Origin: Felis catus
Taxonomy: Eukaryota
Direction of reading: 5' to 3'
Length of the DNA stretch: 64,000 nt
NCBI RefSeq assembly: GCF_018350175.1
Contig: NC_058378.1
Coordinates: 62,434,001-62,498,000 of the forward strand
Positions 26,101 to 38,800 of this stretch are shown here, in pieces. The position numbers were made by a program, and so were the translations under genes. Below the pieces are notes generated by a model. It did no database searches, was not told where the DNA came from, and saw only the letters and a list, made by a program, of their open reading frames with translations. The first letter of the stretch is position 1. Each line of letters begins with the position of its first letter.

Positions 26101-29100
26101 CAATATCCAGGACTCACGTAAAACACAATTTCATTTTTAGCATAGCTGGCTGTATTTTGTTTGGTCCCTATTGATGGGAAATTGGATGAAGTCTTTCCAT
26201 GTTTAACTTTTGCTTGCATCAAGTTATATTTTGGGATAACTGTCTAAACTATCTTCTCTCTCTTTTCCCTTCAGTGCATTTTCTCCCCCTCCATCCTCTC
26301 ACTAGTCTGCCAATAGAAATGATGACTCCCCGCCCTGCCAAAAAATATAATCCTGTTTTTATAAAACTGTGTCTGCTGAGGATAGGCAAGGTAGGGAAGA
26401 GGAAACCCCACTGACACTGAAGTCAGGCAGATAGAAATCATTCCTCTGCCGTTCCACGGTTTTGACTTGAGTTGGATTTAAGGGGAATTGTCTCTGTGCT
26501 GGTGTTAGTGGATGGTTCTGTCCGAGAAAATGTTGTAGGCATGTTAATGCAGGATTTGCTTCTGAAGATGTGGCTTCCCAGCCCCACAACTGATAAAACC
26601 CGTTTGAATCTCTAGCTCATTTGCAATGATTATAGCAATTGTTGCATATGTGAAGCTTGCCAAACGGCAAACAGGCATTAAAATATTTATCCACCACCTG
26701 TGAACAAGACTTCCCAAGGCTCTCAGAAAAAAAAAAAATTATGCGCTCTGTGTTATTCATTAGAAGGCGTCATTTTCCTCAGCCATTTAACATTCATCAT
26801 ATTTGAGTGCATTAGTGCTTTCACCGGGGATAAAGAACAATTTCTACAAAGACAAAAAAAAGTGTGGTTGCTGTGATCATCCCAGGAGGTTTGCAGGGCC
26901 TCCTGTGTGGATATGCAGATATTGTAATCAGATTAAAAGCATTAACCAGCTCATTATGCATCTTTCAGATATTGAACGAAAGAGCTGCAAAGGAACTGGA
27001 GCAGTTTCAGATGCGAAATTCTAAACTTCAGCAAGAGAATGAACAACACAGTTTGGTTTGTGAGCAGCTATCCCAGGAAAACCAGCAGAAGGCATTGGAG
27101 CTCAAAGTAAACACCAAGTGACTGATTTGTTGCCTAGCACTCCCTCCCTTATTCCCTATTTTATTAAAAATTTTTTAATGTTTTTTGAATTTTAGAGAGA
27201 GAGAGAGAGAGAGAGAGAAAGAAACAGATTGCAAGCGGGGGAGGAACAGAGAGAGGGAGACACAGAATCTGAAGCAGGCTCCAGGCTCTGAGCTGTCAGC
27301 ACAGAGCCCGACGCGGGGCTCGAACTCACGGACCGCGAGATCATGACCTGAGCCGAAGTCGGACGCTTAACCGACTGAGCCACCCAGGCCCCCTCACTCA
27401 TTCCCTATTAATACAGATTTGCTGTAGTGGTTGGAGCTGTTGGTTGGATAACCTGTATTAGCCTTGATATGTCAGAGGCAGGCTCAAGCCTACAATGATT
27501 GCTTTCTGCTTGGAAGTAGATAGTTTGATGACTTCCATTCTCATTAAAACCACAAACCTGAATATTGATCATATGATTATGCAAGTATTTTTGAGAGCAA
27601 GCTCAGATACTCATCTCTGTAACTTAGCCTTGCAAGTAACTAGTTGCCCTGAGCTAGAAACCATTTACATGAGTGAGTAGCAAAGAAGTTAGATTATATT
27701 TTACTACTTTTATATGGAGAAGGTAGAATAGGAGGGTTGGGGGATGGACTGGTACTATTGAGTATCTACTTCCAGGATTGTAGAACCATGATTTTTTCTT
27801 CTATACACTGTAAATTTCAAGACAGGCTTCCCATTCTTCTCCCTGTCCTCAATGAAGAGTGTTTGCAAATTATATTTGGGTAACAGTTTTATACTTGGGT
27901 ACATATTGTATACCTACGTGTTTAACAGAGCGACTTTATGTTTATCACTGATTCTGAAAAAAATCCATAAACCCTTCTCTGGTTATGTTAGGATACTAAG
28001 CATAAAATGAGTGACCTATCAAGAATGATACATAGATTTGATCAGTGAGTCATAACAGTTTTTGCTTCTTATGCCCTTTTGAAAATCTGATGAGAACATG
28101 GGTGTACGTGCGCCCCCCCCCCATGCACACGCACACACACACACACACTTATTTGCACATCTTCTATCTTGTTTTGAATGCAGTCTCAGGTTTCCAAGAT
28201 TTTTCTGAAGTCTAACCACGGGGTCTGGATTAATAACTACTGAATTACAACATTCTATTGTTCTAATTGGAAAGGGCCCTAGTTCAGCTAATTTCGACCA
28301 TGTAAATCTGAGGCCGAGGAGTATTTAAAACAGTCCAGAGTGGTTTGACTTGAAACCATTCTTTATGAGAAAGCTGTAAATTGAAGCAGAAATGAAATGG
28401 CTTCTTAAAGCAAAATAATATATTAGCCCCTAAGGTAAAATTAAAGTAAAAATACTTATGCCATTAATTCTCTTCTTTGGTAACATGAATGGGGCACCTT
28501 GAAAGATGGAAAATTTTTGTTATCAGATCCTGAACCTATGGGATTCTACTTCTAGCAGTAATCTGAGAATGACATGCCCAGCTGAGTGCAGTTTCTTCCT
28601 TGTCAAGAGCTGGGGATAACTGCTAATGTTTATTTGCTCTCGTTGCTTTTCCAGTAATTTCTAAGAACGGCAGATTTAAAAAATGAATTTGAATTTTAAA
28701 AAATTAATAAAACTTGAGGTCCATTGGCAAAAATCTGGTGCTTTCTTGTGCTAGAATTATTATTTTGGTGCCTTTTGCCAATATGTAGACTTGACTATTG
28801 ATGATGCCCTGTCCATGTATCTGTATGTACACCCACTGACTAACATCCTCTGAGGAAGTAGGGCCCTTTCTCTAGTGTGTGTAGTTGTACTCCAGTGGCC
28901 ATGTGGGTTCAAAAGAGTATCTGAATATGTTAATAGCATGTCAACAACCTTCTAAGAGAGGGGTGCCTGGGTGGCTCAGTCGGTTAAGCGTCTGACTTTG
29001 GCTCTGGTCATGATCTCACAGTTGGTGGGTTCAAGCCCTGCTTTGGGCTCTGTGCTGACAGCTCAGAGCCTGGAGCCTGCTTCGGATTCTGTGTCTCCCC

Positions 29101-32100
29101 CTCTCTCTGCCCCTCCCCTGCTCACACTCTTTCTCTCTCTCAAAAATAAACATTAAAAAAATTTCAATAACCTGAAAGAGATCACTCTGTGAGTCCATAA
29201 AAATTGCTAATCAAATACAGCATTCGTATACAAAATTCACATATTTGTGATATGTACAACTCAGCATTCTTACCCTGTTTGATTCAACAATTCAGTGGTA
29301 CCTTGAGACATCAGGTCTAATCAGTCTTTCCATTATTTTTTAGCTTATATAGCAACATTTTATTCAGAGAATAGCTTTTCAATTTCTCTCAAAACCAAAC
29401 AATGTGTGTTTTTGTTTAACCCATACAACAACTTTACACTAACATGGGAATAATTTCCTTTTATGGGTTCTGAGTTCACCATCACCTAGTCACTGGCACT
29501 TTATTTACTGAATATCCCTGGTTAATTCTCTCACTAATTACAGGCCAAAGAGGAAGAAGTCCATCAGATGCGGCTTGACATTGGGAAGCTCAATAAAATC
29601 AGAGAACAAATCCATAAAAAATTGCATCAGATCGAAGATCAAAAGTCAGAGGTGGAACAGCACAAGGAAACTCTAAAAAATCAGATCTTGGGATTAGAGA
29701 GAGGTAATCCAAGAAACATTTCGTGCTTTGTCATATTCCTTTGTAAACATTTTATTGGTGACTGTGATTTGGCAACCCAGGGCTCTGTGCGTCCAAACAC
29801 AAACCATGCCAGATGTAATCAGTAAAACAACTTTCAAACTGGTAAGCAGCCAATATGCAGGGGACATCATTTTGAATACCTTGAACTATCCTACCTTAAA
29901 AAATTCTTCAACAGACTATATTGGCACAATGTAAATCCAGCCAAAAGTATTGTTCAGTATTTGTCGCTGGAATAAATAGCATCTATTCTCTTAAGTCTGG
30001 GTTCTACATGACTTTATGCTTTAGTTCCTTTTCTCAGAGAAGATAGGGGATAAATTAAAACAAATGTCCCCCCACTAGCAATATTTGGGACAATGCTGTA
30101 CCAAGAATCAGTGAGACAAAAATTAGTGGTTCCTAACTTCCTTTAAAAAAATGTTTATTTATTTATTTTGAGAGAGAGGGATAGAGAGTGAGCAGGGGAG
30201 AGGCAGAGAAAGAGGGAGACAGAGAATCCCAAGTAGGCTCTGCAGCTGTAAGTGCAGCTGTAAGTGCAGCTGTAAGAGCCCTACATGGGGCTTGAACTCA
30301 TGAACTGTGAGATCATGATCTGAGCGGAAACCAAGAGTCAGACATTTAACTGACTGAGCCACCAGGCATCACAATGGCTCCTAACTTCTTTTCTCTGTTG
30401 TTACTTTACCATGTGATGAACCTTGTTTTTACCAGCTATCACATTGCCCCGTGGAGGGAAAATTTAAGTGCTATGGAAGGTCACATAGCACAGAAAAATC
30501 ATTAAGGATACAAACTATGGAGTCATGTCTACCTGGGTAAAGATCTCACCTTCATCGCATTTATTGTTAGGGGATGAAATGAGCTGATACATATAAAGCA
30601 CTTGTGGACAGTACCTAACACAGTAAATGCTTACTAAATGGCATCTATTATCATCTGGGCGTATTACTATTTATATAAGCAGTAAGAGAGAATGCCATCT
30701 CATTCTGAAAAAGAATATAATTGAAAATAGGATATGCTAGTCAAATTTGGTGTGGCAGAAATAGCCCTGAACTTGGACACAGAGGATCTGGGTTTGACTT
30801 TGACTATACCAGAGTATGTGAGGCAGGAACACCTCGTTGAACTCATATGGGTTGTAGGTCACTGAATGAGATAACATGCATACCAGCATAAAAGCAGACA
30901 TTGCCCCCCTAAAAGGTAAAATCTAAATCTCTAGGCAAGGTTATTAGAAATACATCTGACCCTTGAACAACATGGGTTTGAACTGCATGGGTCCACTTAC
31001 CTGTGGATTTTTTTTTTTTTTTGGTAAATACAGTACATCACTATGAATGTATTTTCTCTTCCTTATGATATTTTTAGTAACATTTTCTTTTCCGCAGNNN
31101 NNNNNNNNNNNNNNNNNNNNNNNNNNNNNNNNNNNNNNNNNNNNNNNNNNNNNNNNNNNNNNNNNNNNNNNNNNNNNNNNNNNNNNNNNNNNNNNNNNNN
31201 NNNNNNNNNNNNNNNNNNNNNNNNNNNNNNNNNNNNNNNNNNNNNNNNNNNNNNNNNNNNATCGGCATTCCTAAGTCTGGTGTTGTTCAACAGTGAGCTG
31301 TATTTGTTATGTAAGCCTTTGAAAAGTACAGGTATTTTTCATTCTAAGACATCAGGAAATAATCTTTTATTGAGGTACAGCTAGAGCTTACCTTGAAAAT
31401 TTCTCCATTCTTTCATTCAATAAACTGAGTGCCTACTATGTGTAGTCACCAAGGTAGGCATTGGCTGCATGGAGGTCCCTGCCCTCGGGATGCCTACAGT
31501 CTTGCATGAGTTTACAATCTAATGTTTTCAGTGATAGTTAGGAAGAAAAATAAAACTACTAGATCATATTTTGTAATTGGTTTAGTGACTTTCAAAACAC
31601 TCCCATATTTAAATCGGTGTATTTTTTACTTGCAGTAGTTCTAAGTTTTGAAAAAAAAATTATTCATTCTGTGTTGAACCCAATTCTTCATCCTTAAGTC
31701 ATATTTATAGAAGTCATCATGCTCTCTTTTGGTTATTTTATAGGTATCGTTAACATTATTTTTTTTGGGGGGACTTCTTCCTTTTGAATGTCTGATCAAA
31801 CAGTGGCACTGGACATAAGAGTTAGAAGCATGAGTCCTCCATGGGTTGTGATTTTTCTATCACAAAACCCAAGAAACTAACTGATAAACTGCCAGAACTA
31901 ATGAGAGTTCACTGGGGTGGCAGGTTATAAAATAAATATATAGGTATCAATAGCTTCCTTTCATACACAGAATCAGTTAGAATATATGATGGAAAAACCC
32001 CTTTTCACAATAGCAACTCAAGTAATAAAATATCTATAAATAAAGTTACCCGGATATCTGCAAGACATGTATATAAAACACACTCCAGAATTCTATTGAG

Positions 32101-32786
32101 GGGTATAAACGAAGACTTGAAAAATGGAGAGATATACAAAGTTCCTGAATGAGAAAGCTCAATATGATAAAGATATAAATCTGCCTAAATTAATCTGTAT
32201 ATTTGATATTTCCAATAAAAATTTCAGTAAGTTATATTGTTGGGACTTGAAAACTGATTCTAGAGTTCTTCCTGAAGAATAAACAGGTGACAATAGCCAT
32301 AAAATTCTGGAAAAAGGGGTGATGAGGGAGTATTTGCCTTACTGGGTTAGGTTTTTAATATTATAAAGCTTCAATAGTCATCAAGTAGTGTAGTGAAAAT
32401 GCCTGATAAACAGATCAATGGAAGAGATTGGAAAAAACAAAAAATACCCAAGATTATCATTAAGATAAAGGTGTTTTATACCAGTGTTCTGTATGGACTA
32501 TTAAGAAAATGGTAGCAGAACAGTAAGTTACTTTTTGGGGAAAAAAAGTTAACACCAAATGTGGAAACCATAAAGCAAAGATTGAGAGATTTAATGAAAG
32601 AGTTCTTACAAATCCATAAAAGGGGTAAACAATTCATGAGAAAAATGGGCATAGGGCAAGTGTGGGCAAATTTAAAAACAAATACAGGGGGCACCTGGGT
32701 GCCTCAGTGGGTTCAGGTCTTGATCTCATGGTTTGTGAGTTGGAGTCCCTCATTAGGCTCTGCACTGATGCTGTGGAGCCTACTTG

Positions 32787-32828
<42 letters not shown>

Positions 32829-35800
32829 CTCTCCCCCATTTCCCCCCTCAAAATAAATAAATAAACTTTAAAAACTCACTGTTAAAAAAAACCCAGAAAT
32901 ACAAGTAAGTGGTCATTAAACATGAAAAAGTAGTTGATTTCACTACTAATCAAGGAAATGTAAATGAAATACAGACATACTGGCTTTGATACTCTATTGG
33001 CTTGTTAAAGATCAAAGAGTGATAATATCCAGTGATGGTCTGGGTGTGGATTTAAGCTGCTATTAGTTTTCTGGAGAGAAATTTGGCAGTAGGAGAGAAA
33101 TGTCTTTTTTTTTTTATCACCTTCAATCCAGGACTTCCTCTTCTAGAGTAACAAATGAATGAGAACTTTCACAGAATTATGGCTTATAATTGCAAATAAA
33201 TAAGTAAAATGGAAGCAATTTAAATGTTAAGGTAGGGGATTGGCTAAATAAATTACGCATTTTCATATAGTGAAATATCACAGAGTCATTAAAATTCTGT
33301 TGTAGTTGCACATTTATAATATAGAGAGGCATTTATTTTATGTTAGTTAATTACAAAAGCAAGCTACAAAACAGTATGTGTAGTATAATTCATTTTGGTG
33401 TATGTATATGAATGTGTATATATTTATATTTTTATGCGCACACACATATTTGCATAGGAAAAAGTCTGGAAAGAGACATATGAAAATCCTAAGTAGATTC
33501 TGGTTGACTTGAATTTTTTTCCCTTTTGTTATTTGGATGTCTCATTTCTGTCTGTATTCCTAATTATTTGTATAATTAGAAAGATTTAAAAAGAGCAAGG
33601 ACTCTTGGAGTCAGAGAAACCACACTCCCAGCCTCAGCCCCTCACCTCTTGGCTGCAGACTGTTGGCATGTGGCTTAATTCCTCTAAGCCTCAGTTTCCA
33701 TCTGAGGACAGGGGACCTCCTTCATGGCGTTGTGGTGAAGATCATGTAACCCTCAATAAATAGTAGTTTTATAGCTGCAGATAAATCTATAAAGCAGTTT
33801 CTCTGTTACATTGGCTTTGGCAGATTCTTTCTTAGGTTGGCTTCATATTTCTTCTTCTTCTTCTCCTTGGTCATTTAGAGGTGGAGGCTTCAAAGAAACA
33901 AGCAGAACTTGATAAGAAAGCAATGGATGAGCTTCTGAGAGAAAGGGACATATTAAATAAGGTGAGTTTGTTTTCTGTAGCATTGGTAAACAAATGTCTT
34001 TCCTTAGTGCTATGATATCTGCCTATTAGGGGATAGAAAACTCTGAAGCGAACAAAAGTAGATTAGAAATAAATAATCGTGCTCAGTTTTCTTCCAAGCT
34101 GCTGTGCACAGTCCACCATTCACTGGCTGAGAATTGAAACTGCATTATCACCAGGGAACACAAAGGGACTTGGGAATTATCATATAAACGAGGAGCGGAT
34201 TTCAGAGCGCTGTGTGGATTCTGATTTTATTGCTGGTGTGTTATTTGGCATCCTAAGCAGTTGATCAAAATTTCTGAATTTAATATCTGTAATCTGCAAC
34301 TTTTGCTAATCCAGAAGATACAAGTGAGCGCGAATAAAATTCTAACTTTGAGGTGTTTGCTGAAAGAACAGCCGGTTGATGACAAAAACCTTCCCTGTAC
34401 CTTTTCGGGATGTAGGTTTTCAGTTTTGCTTTTAGCCCTTACATCTCCTAGTCTTTGGAGCTCAATCTGGTCCAAAGCTGAGGAAGGGGTTGGGGGAGGC
34501 TTGAGGCCTGGAAAGCCTCCATTCAAGGGGGGGACCCTTACCCCTACCCCTTTCCTCTCCAAACCCTTCCAGAGGATTCCTTCCAGTGATAGTCACTCTT
34601 AGGAGATTAACTACTTTCAAGGATTTAGGGTAAATTTCTTGCTCAAGGATTTCCTCCAGGGAGGAAAAATCAAAGGGCCAGTTATAGAGGGGGGAGGCTG
34701 CTTGCAGAAAAGTCTAGTCTGATGGCTTTTGTCCAAGAGAGCTTCGTCTCATCAAGTAGAAACAGCCTATATTTTTTCATTCCAACTTTTATGATTTCTT
34801 TCGGTTTTCCAGAGTTGAACAAATATTGACAAAATAGATCACTCTGTAAGCTTAACTGAGACTAGGGATCTCAGGAAGTAGTAGGAAATTACATATCTTT
34901 ACATGATGAGCTCTCCTTAGAAAATCATTGTGGTTTTTTTTTTTTTTTTTGCATAATGCTGGAAACTGTTCCTTTATTCTATAAATTTGCACATGCAAAC
35001 AATGTTGTTGGATTTAGATTTGTAATTAAAATTTTTTTTTTAGTTTAGAGAGAGACCACGCATGAATTGGGGAGAGGGGAAAAGGGTGGGGGGAGAGAAT
35101 CCTAAGAAGGCTCCATGCCTAGCGCAGAGCCTGATGCAAGGCTCCATCTCACCACCCTGAGATCATGATCTGAACCGAAATCAGGAGTTGGATGCTCAAC
35201 TGACTGAGCCACCCAGGTGCCCCCTTTTAATTTATTTTAAACATATACATTTAATTCATTTATATTTTATGTATTCTGGTAAACAACCAGTAGATTTTTC
35301 TGCCACAATAGGACATCTAGAGCATCATTACTTTTACATTTATTTGTTTAATTTGACTGATGTCAGTTCCTCCTCTAGGGCAGGGTATACTTTCTTTTTT
35401 CTTTTCTGGTCGGCACATTCTTAGTGCCTAGCACAGCATCCAGCTCTCCACAGGTATGCAATCAACCTTTACTGGTAATACATTCTTTCCCCAACGACTT
35501 GAAATGCCACCTTCACTGAATGAATGGGTGACATGGTTTTGACAGGCAGCAATGTTAATATATTTTGGCTCTTTCAGTGTCATGTTAAAGTGGCTTTGTC
35601 TTTTCTGGAGTGAAAGTTTAATTCAATACTTGAAAATAAAGTTGACCTTTTCTATTTTCTGCATCATCACCCAACCATGGTTTACTGTCTTTATATTCCG
35701 TGGTTTTCAGACCCCTGGCTGCAAGTCTGTATTGGTAGGAGATTTGGGAAGGGGCCACCAGGTGCCTTGTGGAACCCAAGGATCCAGGTGAAACTGATGG

Positions 35801-38800
35801 GAACCTGACCTGACATCTTGGGATACACGAAAGCCCTGTCTCACCACCACTGGATTTCCTGCTGAGTTTTTGCTTTCGTTTCTCTCTTTCACAGAAGATT
35901 GCCTCCCTGTTTCCCAGTCTGTTTGGGAAAAAAAAGGCTATCATCAACAGCTCCCAGTTTACATCCTCTATTGACCTTCAAAAAGCTAAAGGCCCTATTT
36001 CAAAAATCCCTGGTCCCTTCAGCTATGGCCAGAGAAGTGAACCCTCTTGCATGAGTGTGGCTGTCAGGGTGACACTGTTGTTGCCTCCATGTTTTCAGGG
36101 AACAATCTGGCTTCTCAGGCAGCCAATCCAAGGACTTTCTGCTTCAGCATCAGAAATCACTAGTGCAGCTTAAAAAAAAAAAAAACCGGCAGCTGCGTCC
36201 CATCCCAGAATCAGAATCTCTGGATCTGAGACACAGGCATCTGCATGTCCTTAANNNNNNNNNNNNNNNNNNNNNNNNNNNNNNNNNNNNNNNNNNNNNN
36301 NNNNNNNNNNNNNNNNNNNNNNNNNNNNNNNNNNNNNNNNNNNNNNNNNNNNNNNNNNNNNNNNNNNNNNNNNNNNNNNNNNNNNNNNNNNNNNCTACAC
36401 CTGTGAAACAGTTGTTTCCACCACCCCTGGCAACTACTAGTCTACTTTTTTCTTCTATGGATTTGACTATTCTGGATATTTATGTAGCTGGACTCATACA
36501 TGACTGTTTATGTCTGGCATCTTTCACTCAGAATGATGTTTTCAGGCTGAAACTGTGCTGTAGCATTTAAAAAAATTTTTTTAAACGTTTATTTATTATT
36601 GAGAGACAGAGAGAGACAGACCATGAGCATAGTAGGGGCAGAAAGAGGAGGAGTCACAGAATCCAAAGCAGGCTCCAGGCTCTGAGCTGTCAGCACAGAG
36701 CCCGAAGCGGGACTGGAAATCACAAACTGTGAGATCATGACCTGAGCGGAAGTCGGATGCTTAACCAACTGAGCCATCCAGGCACTGCCGGACTTCATTC
36801 CTTTTTATGGATGAATAATATTCCACTGTGTGGATATACCACACAGTGGTACCATACCATATGGTATGGTACCATACCATACCAATACCATACCATTTTG
36901 ATGACCTGTTTATTAGATGATGGACATTTGGGTTGTTTCCACCTTTTGGTTTTTGTGACTAGTGCTGCTGTGAACATTCATGTACAAATTCTTGGTTGGA
37001 CACCTGTTTTCAGTTCTTTTGGGTGCATACCCAGGAGTGAAATTGTTGGCTCATATGTTAATTCTAGATATTTGCATTTTGAATGAGCTGGTTTTATTTT
37101 ACTGTGTAGTCAAAGCCCTGTTACATGATTAGGTTTAAATGTTCTAAGCTCACAAGAACAAGAGTAGAGCTGGGATTGAGGTTATCTTTGGGGTCAGCCA
37201 GCCCTGGACTCAAATCCTGGCTCTGCCCCAATCCTGTTGTATGAACCTATAGGCAAGCAGCTTAACTTCTGAGTCTTAGTTTCCTACCCTTAAAATGGGA
37301 GCAAGAAAGTACTCATTTCCAACCCTAGAGGAGAAAGCAGGAAAAGACCTCTCTGACCTCAGCCGTAGCAATTTCTTACTTGACACATCCCCAAAGGCAA
37401 GGGAATTAAAAGCAAAAATGAACTACTGGGACCTTATGAAGATAAAAAGCTTCTGCACAGCAAAGGAAACAACCAACAAAACTAAAAGGCAACCAACGGA
37501 ATGGGAAAAGATATTTGCAAATGACATATCGGACAAAGGGCTAGTATCCAAAATCTATAAAGAGCTCACCAAACTCCACACCCGAAAAACAAATAACCCA
37601 GTGAAGANNNNNNNNNNNNNNNNNNNNNNNNNNNNNNNNNNNNNNNNNNNNNNNNNNNNNNNNNNNNNNNNNNNNNNNNNNNNNNNNNNNNNNNNNNNNN
37701 NNNNNNNNNNNNNNNNNNNNNNNNNNNNNNNNNNNNNNNCGCCAGTCAGAGTGGCCAAAATGAANNNNNNNNNNNNNNNNNNNNNNNNNNNNNNNNNNNN
37801 NNNNNNNNNNNNNNNNNNNNNNNNNNNNNNNNNNNNNNNNNNNNNNNNNNNNNNNNNNNNNNNNNNNNNNNNNNNNNNNNNNNNNNNNNNNNNNNNNNNN
37901 NNNNNTGACCCAGCAATAGCACTGCTAGGAATTTATCCAAGGGATACAGGAGTACTGATGCATAGGGGCACTTGTACCCCAATGTTTATAGCAGCACTCT
38001 CAACAATAGCCAAATTATGGAAAGAGCCTAAATGTCCATCAACTGATGAATGGATAAAGAAATTGTGGTTTATATACACAATGGAGTACTACGTGGCCAT
38101 GAGAAAGAATGAAATATAGCCCTTTGCAGCAACGTGGATGGAACTGGAGAGTGTTATGCTAAGTGAAATAAGCCATACAGAGAAAGACAGATACCATATG
38201 GTTTCACTCTTGTGTGTATCCTGAGAAACTTAACAGAAACCCATGGGGGAGGGGAAAAAAAAAAAGAGGTTAGAGTGGGAGAGAGCCAAAGCATAAGAGA
38301 CTCTTAAAAACTGAGAACAAACTGAGGGTTGATGGGGGGTGGGAGGGAGGGGAGGGTGGGTGATGGGTATTGAGGAGGGCACCTTTTGGGATGAGCACTG
38401 GGTGTTGTATGGAAACCAATTTGACAATAAATTTCATATATTGGAAAAAAAAAGAAAAAGAAAATCTCCCTTAAAAAATTATTTTTGCATATGCTGTCAT
38501 ATACATATACATTTTATGATGATACCACATTATATTTGTTGTATTTTAAAATACAGACTATTTTTTTTTTTAAAAAGGAAGTACTCATTTCCCTTGGATG
38601 TTGTGGTCACTTAGTGCACCTACATATGTGTGTGTCTTGTGCAAAATTAACACAATCTCTAAATAAGATGTAGAGAATATAATTATTTTTATTCACCCAA
38701 AAAAACAATGTAACTAAGTATTTTAGGGGTGAAACAGGGTAAATTTACCCCCCACCCCGCCCCCGCCACACACACATTTTGAGTAACGTGACTGCTCTCT

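Noticed and set aside
30240-30277. Three 12-bp direct repeats resembling an array
   Set aside because: Slippage triplication inside a SINE with no spacers; CRISPR does not apply to a mammalian genome.
37295-38119. 274-aa ORF as a possible gene
   Set aside because: It is a truncated L1 ORF2 fragment with a chance ATG in the flanking MIR, a premature stop and N-runs.
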